DNA of 63,960 nucleotides, counting the filler, from an uncultured Planctomycetaceae bacterium (GTDB lineage: Bacteria > Planctomycetota > Planctomycetia > Planctomycetales > Planctomycetaceae): NCBI GenBank assembly GCA_963976765.1. It is 5 parts of 5 records of this genome, joined end to end, with 100 filler letters (N's around TTAATTAATTAA, not from the genome) between each part and the next. Parts side by side here need not be neighbours in the genome. Positions count along the whole stretch, not along the records: positions 49,293 to 62,346 come from CAXBME010000063.1; positions 62,447 to 63,960 come from CAXBME010000093.1; 3 more parts are not named here. One strand, 5' to 3'. Under the pieces are notes generated by a model that saw only the letters and a list, made by a program, of their open reading frames with translations, was not told where the DNA came from and ran no database searches. Below, in pieces: positions 59,506-63,960 of this stretch. Both the position numbers and the translations under genes were made by a program. The first letter of the stretch is position 1; each line of letters opens with the position of its first letter.

Positions 59506-60639
59506 ATGACCAGCGACGACAAAGAACTGGCCACACGGCTGACGGCTCTGACTCGCGATCTGATTCTGATTCCAACCACCGATTCCCGTCCGGCTGAGCG
59601 GGAACGGTGTTTTGAGTTCATTCAAAATCACATCGAGAGCCTTGACGAAATTCAGATCAGCTTTCACGAGTCCAACGGTTATCGATCACTCGTCGCCGGT
59701 CCGAAATCTGTAGAGTCGCCAGCAATTCTTCTGTGCGGACATATCGACGTTATCGAGCATCCGGATCCAGACTGTTATCACTCGACCATTCGCGATGGAC
59801 GGATCTACGGCCCCGGCGCTGGTGATATGAAAGGTGCCGACGCGGTCATGCTCGACCTGTTTCGAATGATGCACGCGCGGCATCCCGGAATCTCGCTCGG
59901 ACTGGCCCTGACGTCGGACGAAGAAATCGGCGGCATGGACGGAGTTCGATTTCTGATTCAGGAGGTCGGACTTCGAGCTGGCATTGTCATCGTGCCCGAC
60001 GGCGGTTCACTGAACGAAGTGACCATCGAAGAAAAAGGAGTGCTTCATCTGCGAGTTCGTCGCGAAGGACACTCCGCTCACGGCGCGAGGCCGTGGCTTG
60101 GCATCAACGCACTGGAACACCTGCTGGAACGAATCAACGCCCTGCGCGGCTACTTCGCCGAGAACTGGCCGATCGACAGAACCGCCGACCATGGTCACTG
60201 GTACCCAACCTGCTCGCTGAACATTGTCGAGACTCCCAACGAATCCGCGAACCGGATCCCGTCAGAAGCGTCGGCCACGCTGGATATCCGGTTTCCGCCG
60301 CCTCACACCGTCGGAGCAATGCTCGACAACATCGCCAGCATCCTCGGGCCGGACTGCTATCTCGAACCGCTGATGACTGCAGAACCGTGCCACCTGGATC
60401 CTGATCTGCTCTTCTGTGAGATCACGGAGTCGGTCACGGATTCACCAGTCAGACTGATCCGAGCCGCCGGCGCCAGCGACTCGCGTTTCTTCCGCCAGGC
60501 CGACATCCCGGTGAACCTCTCGCGCCCCCTCGTCGGCAACCTGCACGGCGAAGACGAATGGATCGACATCGATTCGATGGTCACCTACTACCAAATCTGC
60601 CAACGCTACATCGAACAGAAACTGACTCTACGAAATTGA
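59506..60639 (+). CDS. M20-family metallo-hydrolase (ArgE/DapE-like)
   Basis: [48 protein letters not shown]. Confidence 0.9.
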   Translation: MTSDDKELATRLTALTRDLILIPTTDSRPAERERCFEFIQNHIESLDEIQISFHESNGYRSLVAGPKSVESPAILLCGHIDVIEHPDPDCYHSTIRDGRIYGPGAGDMKGADAVMLDLFRMMHARHPGISLGLALTSDEEIGGMDGVRFLIQEVGLRAGIVIVPDGGSLNEVTIEEKGVLHLRVRREGHSAHGARPWLGINALEHLLERINALRGYFAENWPIDRTADHGHWYPTCSLNIVETPNESANRIPSEASATLDIRFPPPHTVGAMLDNIASILGPDCYLEPLMTAEPCHLDPDLLFCEITESVTDSPVRLIRAAGASDSRFFRQADIPVNLSRPLVGNLHGEDEWIDIDSMVTYYQICQRYIEQKLTLRN

Positions 60640-60657
60640 ATCAGGAGCTGGCTGTCC

Positions 60658-61128
60658 CTACTGAAGTCGGATATGTCCCGCGTCAGTTGAAGGCACGTAA
60701 CCCGCGGGGCGAACGGCGGATGGCGGAGTTACCTGCTGAACGAGGTCCACATTGACAGCGTTCGGCGCAACATCCGTCGATGAGCCGTTCGAATAGTCGA
60801 CGATCATCGCGATTCCGCCCGGTACCCCGAACAAAGCGTTCCAGCCCGTTGCAGAATTCAGCTTCGTTGTCGTCATCACAGATTCTGTCAGGTAGCCTGG
60901 TTTTTCGATCTGTACCACATGAGGTTGCCCTCGCTTCAGATCAGCCTTCATCGGCGTCGTGCCGACGTTTCGGCCATCAACAAGCACGTTGGCTCCGTGA
61001 GGGGCCGAGCGAATTTCAACCGACTGACTGGTTCCGTGAACAATCGTCGCACAGCCTGGCAGAGTCATCGCACAAAGAGCGACAGCCAGAAGCTTTCGGC
61101 CTGACCGCACAGGGGAATGATGAAGCAT
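60658..61128 (-). CDS. PEGA-domain lipoprotein
   Basis: LPGCATIVHGTSQSVEIRSAPHGANVLVDG..VGTTP...IEKPGY. Confidence 0.8.
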   Translation of the reverse strand: MLHHSPVRSGRKLLAVALCAMTLPGCATIVHGTSQSVEIRSAPHGANVLVDGRNVGTTPMKADLKRGQPHVVQIEKPGYLTESVMTTTKLNSATGWNALFGVPGGIAMIVDYSNGSSTDVAPNAVNVDLVQQVTPPSAVRPAGYVPSTDAGHIRLQ

Positions 61129-61297
61129 GAGAAACTTCCTTTATTTCTGATTGGCGAAAGCACAAGGTTGTTCGCTTTGAAATCCCAGGCTTCCGGGTCA
61201 AATCCAACATTCGGCCCGATGCACTTTTCAATCAGGCCTGACATCACGCGACTCAGCATTCACCGTACGAGACGGCGAACAACATTACCGAGCCGTC

Positions 61298-61924
61298 TTA
61301 CAACCCAACGGCAGCTCGGAAGTTCGAATCCCGCAAGGTCTTGCTGGTTGCCTGGCGAACAGCCTCAGCCATCAGCTCCCCGCTTTGTCTCGAATTCGCC
61401 ATCGCGGGGTATTTCTCAGATGTGCCAAAGTAAGTCTGAGCGAAAACAGGCTGACCGTTTTCGTCACTGACCTGAATCAGCAGATTGACTCCAGCAACCG
61501 TCCGATGAAACAGTGACGATGCGCCACCGTAACTCGCCGAACGAATACTTGCGGTGACCTGGCGGTTCGAATGCGACTGCGACTGGGCCTCAGCAATCGA
61601 CCGTGCCAGTGGCACGCCGTCGTTGCTGAGCATGCCTTCAAGTTCACGCTTCACGAACCGGCGAAATTCCTGATCTGACTTAAATGTGGTGTTGCCGGAC
61701 GAGCCAACGACGGAATCCGGACGGTTGTCCTGGACTTCCGAGACGACAACCACGGGCCGAAACTGGCCGGCCGTCAATTGAATCGGCGACTCATTGTAGG
61801 TCGGCGTGACCGAAGCCATCGGGAACGTCATGGACTTCGTGCAGCCCGTCATCAACATGGGAATCGAAAGTCCCAGCAGAGTGGCCGCGAAACTTACACG
61901 GAACGGCCCGTTTAACCGTGTCAT
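61298..61924 (-). CDS. Lipoprotein (YajG-like)
   Basis: Lipobox MTGC; VSEVQDNRP..VVG. Confidence 0.6.
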   Translation of the reverse strand: MTRLNGPFRVSFAATLLGLSIPMLMTGCTKSMTFPMASVTPTYNESPIQLTAGQFRPVVVVSEVQDNRPDSVVGSSGNTTFKSDQEFRRFVKRELEGMLSNDGVPLARSIAEAQSQSHSNRQVTASIRSASYGGASSLFHRTVAGVNLLIQVSDENGQPVFAQTYFGTSEKYPAMANSRQSGELMAEAVRQATSKTLRDSNFRAAVGL

Positions 61925-62145
61925 GGACAGATTCCTTCCAGACTGAGTTCAGAAACAACACATCTGGGATCACTATCGGCTCGCCCGCAAAGGCGACGTG
62001 AATGATGTAAACGGAATTTTGAAAAAAAACTCAAGTCGCGAGTGGTTTCGAGCCTGGCTCTGCTGAAGAAGTCCGCAGCGCACCGCCGAAGCCCAAACCT
62101 GTCCTGAATTCCTGAACTGAACGGCGAGCGGCCCCGAGTCCGCCG

Positions 62146-62346
<201 letters not shown>

Positions 62347-62446
62347 NNNNNNNNNNNNNNNNNNNNNNNNNNNNNNNNNNNNNNNNNNNNTTAATTAATT
62401 AANNNNNNNNNNNNNNNNNNNNNNNNNNNNNNNNNNNNNNNNNNNN
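62347..62446. other. Artificial contig linker
   Basis: N-TTAATTAATTAA-N. Confidence 0.98.
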
Positions 62447-63641
62447 GGCTCGTGTCACCGTCTGAAATTGGCAGACTACTCAAACCGGTGACTGATACCT
62501 CCGGGGCTGTCACAGCCACGACTGAACCGGTGATCGAGAAGTTGTAGGGGCTCTCGTTGCTATCGCTGTTTATGAAGCTGATCTGGCCGGACTTTGTGCC
62601 CACCGTGGTCGCGTCCAGGCGAACAGTAAACGTGTCACTGCTGCCGGGGGCGATTGAACCCGAAAGACCGTTTGTCACGGTGTACCCCGATGGAACTGTC
62701 AGCCCGGAGGTCGTCAGCGTCGCATTCCCCGTGTTGGATACCGTAAACGTTCGAGTCAGGGTGCTGCCGCCCTGAGTCACCGAACCGAAGTCCGTCCCGT
62801 CAGAACTGCTCGGACTCGTGTCACCATCGGAAACCGTGATGTTGCTCAAACCCAGAACTGTTACCCCCGGGGCTGGATTGCTGTCTGTGACAAACGGAAC
62901 CGTGGACTCCTGGAAAAAACGTACGCGCGCGAAGATGTCTGTTGACCCGACTGTGGCCGCAAGAATCGAAAACGAGTTAATGTTCAGCGACCGCGTAAAA
63001 GTTCGACTGCCGGTGCTCGTGACCGTTCCCGAGAAGACGTACTCCGTCAACTGCCCGAGAGAGATTGTCGGTCCCTGACGAACCTGCACATGGGTGATAT
63101 TTCCGAACGTGCGATCGGCATTCAGGTCGGTAACAACACCCGTGGCTTCAGTGAACGTGACCGAGCCACTGACTTCGTGAACCGATCCGTCGGCGAGGAA
63201 CGGGTCAAAGCGGATGCCCGGAACACTGACGCTCATTGCCGAAAGATAACTGGTATCGCCAGTCGGGGTAATCGTCCCGAGGAATGCCCCGTTGACATCG
63301 TCGAAGACACCGCTGAACGCGTCGAGCGCCGAATCAGCGTTGACCTGGTACGAGATGGAACTTGCAGACCGGTCGAGGTTGACCGATACGAAACTTTGAC
63401 TGCTGCCAAAAATTGCGATTTCCCGCGATTGCCCACCAACCGCAGTTGAAGTTGTGTACGCATCCTGAAGTGACTGCTGTCCCTCGGCGTCGATGATCGT
63501 CGTCAGAAGTAGGCGAGGCTCACAAATTTCAGCGTGCACCGCGCAAAAGTTAGTTCGTTGAGACTTTCGCCGTGAAGTGCGGGCTAATCGTGAATTGCGA
63601 CTCAATGTGTTTTGAAATAGCTTTTTCCAAGTATTCAACAT
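62447..63641 (-). CDS. 5' part of a large secreted protein with planctomycete LEPR-XLL-type leader and Ig-like (choice-of-anchor D/ASH-like) repeats
   Basis: Basic leader then EICEPRLLLT; DGDTSPSSSDGTDFGSV...TFTVSNTGNATL...DSNESPYNFSITG, with a second repeat starting at the gap. Confidence 0.8.
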
Positions 63642-63695
63642 TTAACTGATCCTTCTTCGGAGCTTGAATATATGTGGTCTGGCTGAATGCTGTTA

Positions 63696-63960
63696 TTAGA
63701 TCTCTGTTGTGATTTCAGGAGTGATTGCGAAAACGTTGTCGATCGTGTTGTTTTCGTTCTCGCTGCCGTTGTCTGCGTCAGACGATGAAGTAGCCGTGGT
63801 TCCGTTCGACTGATTGCCAGCGATCGTGATTGAGTCTTCAGATTTGGCAACCTCGCTGGCAACAACTGGCTGAATCAGTGGTTGCTCGGCCAACCTGACT
63901 GGCGGCGCCTTCAGAAATCCTGTAGACGAAGATGAGATGGCAATCGCATCCGACTGCGGC
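63696..63960 (-). CDS. 3' end of an upstream, probably large secreted protein, partial
   Basis: Frame open from the window end; low-complexity tail ending TIDNVFA..., as in planctomycete secreted proteins. Confidence 0.5.
   Translation of the reverse strand, partial: PQSDAIAISSSSTGFLKAPPVRLAEQPLIQPVVASEVAKSEDSITIAGNQSNGTTATSSSDADNGSENENNTIDNVFAITPEITTEI

Overview
Pseudo-scaffold of five contigs (1-19483, 19584-34673, 34774-49192, 49293-62346, 62447-63960). They are joined by artificial N-TTAATTAATTAA-N linkers, so adjacency across linkers is not evidence. Gene content (LEPR-XLL-type leader, sulfatase, heptamer repeats, gene style) suggests a planctomycete. Contig 1: kdsB, a SufU/IscU-like gene, and a mosaic set of methyltransferase, glycosyltransferase and Maf-like genes divergent from a 2169-aa RHS toxin with a ~125-aa poly-Ser N-terminus. 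These are followed by a small candidate immunity gene and a phage-tail-fibre-like adhesin, and both contig ends run into the same 53-bp IS-like terminus in inverted orientation. Contig 2: heavy-metal island with MerR and its 20-bp-spacer promoter, a Cys-rich CopZ-like/MerT/HMA fusion, an unannotated UxxC selenoprotein candidate, CysL-like LysR, ECF sigma/anti-sigma, a sigma54 activator, TolC, and CDF and CusA fragments, plus an IetAS-type AAA-ATPase/S8-protease pair. Contig 3: complete type I-E CRISPR-Cas headed by a WYL gene, with an enlarged Cas7, an antisense VapBC-like pair between cas6e and cas1, and a 24-repeat array that starts 13 bp after cas2. A tRNA-3'-end att-like site lies upstream of the cas operon. 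Contigs 4-5: mostly ordinary genes (MMPL, MFS, SGNH-like, M28, pckG, sulfatase, M20, lipoproteins, partial large secreted proteins). All calls come from motif recognition by eye; no database searches were run.
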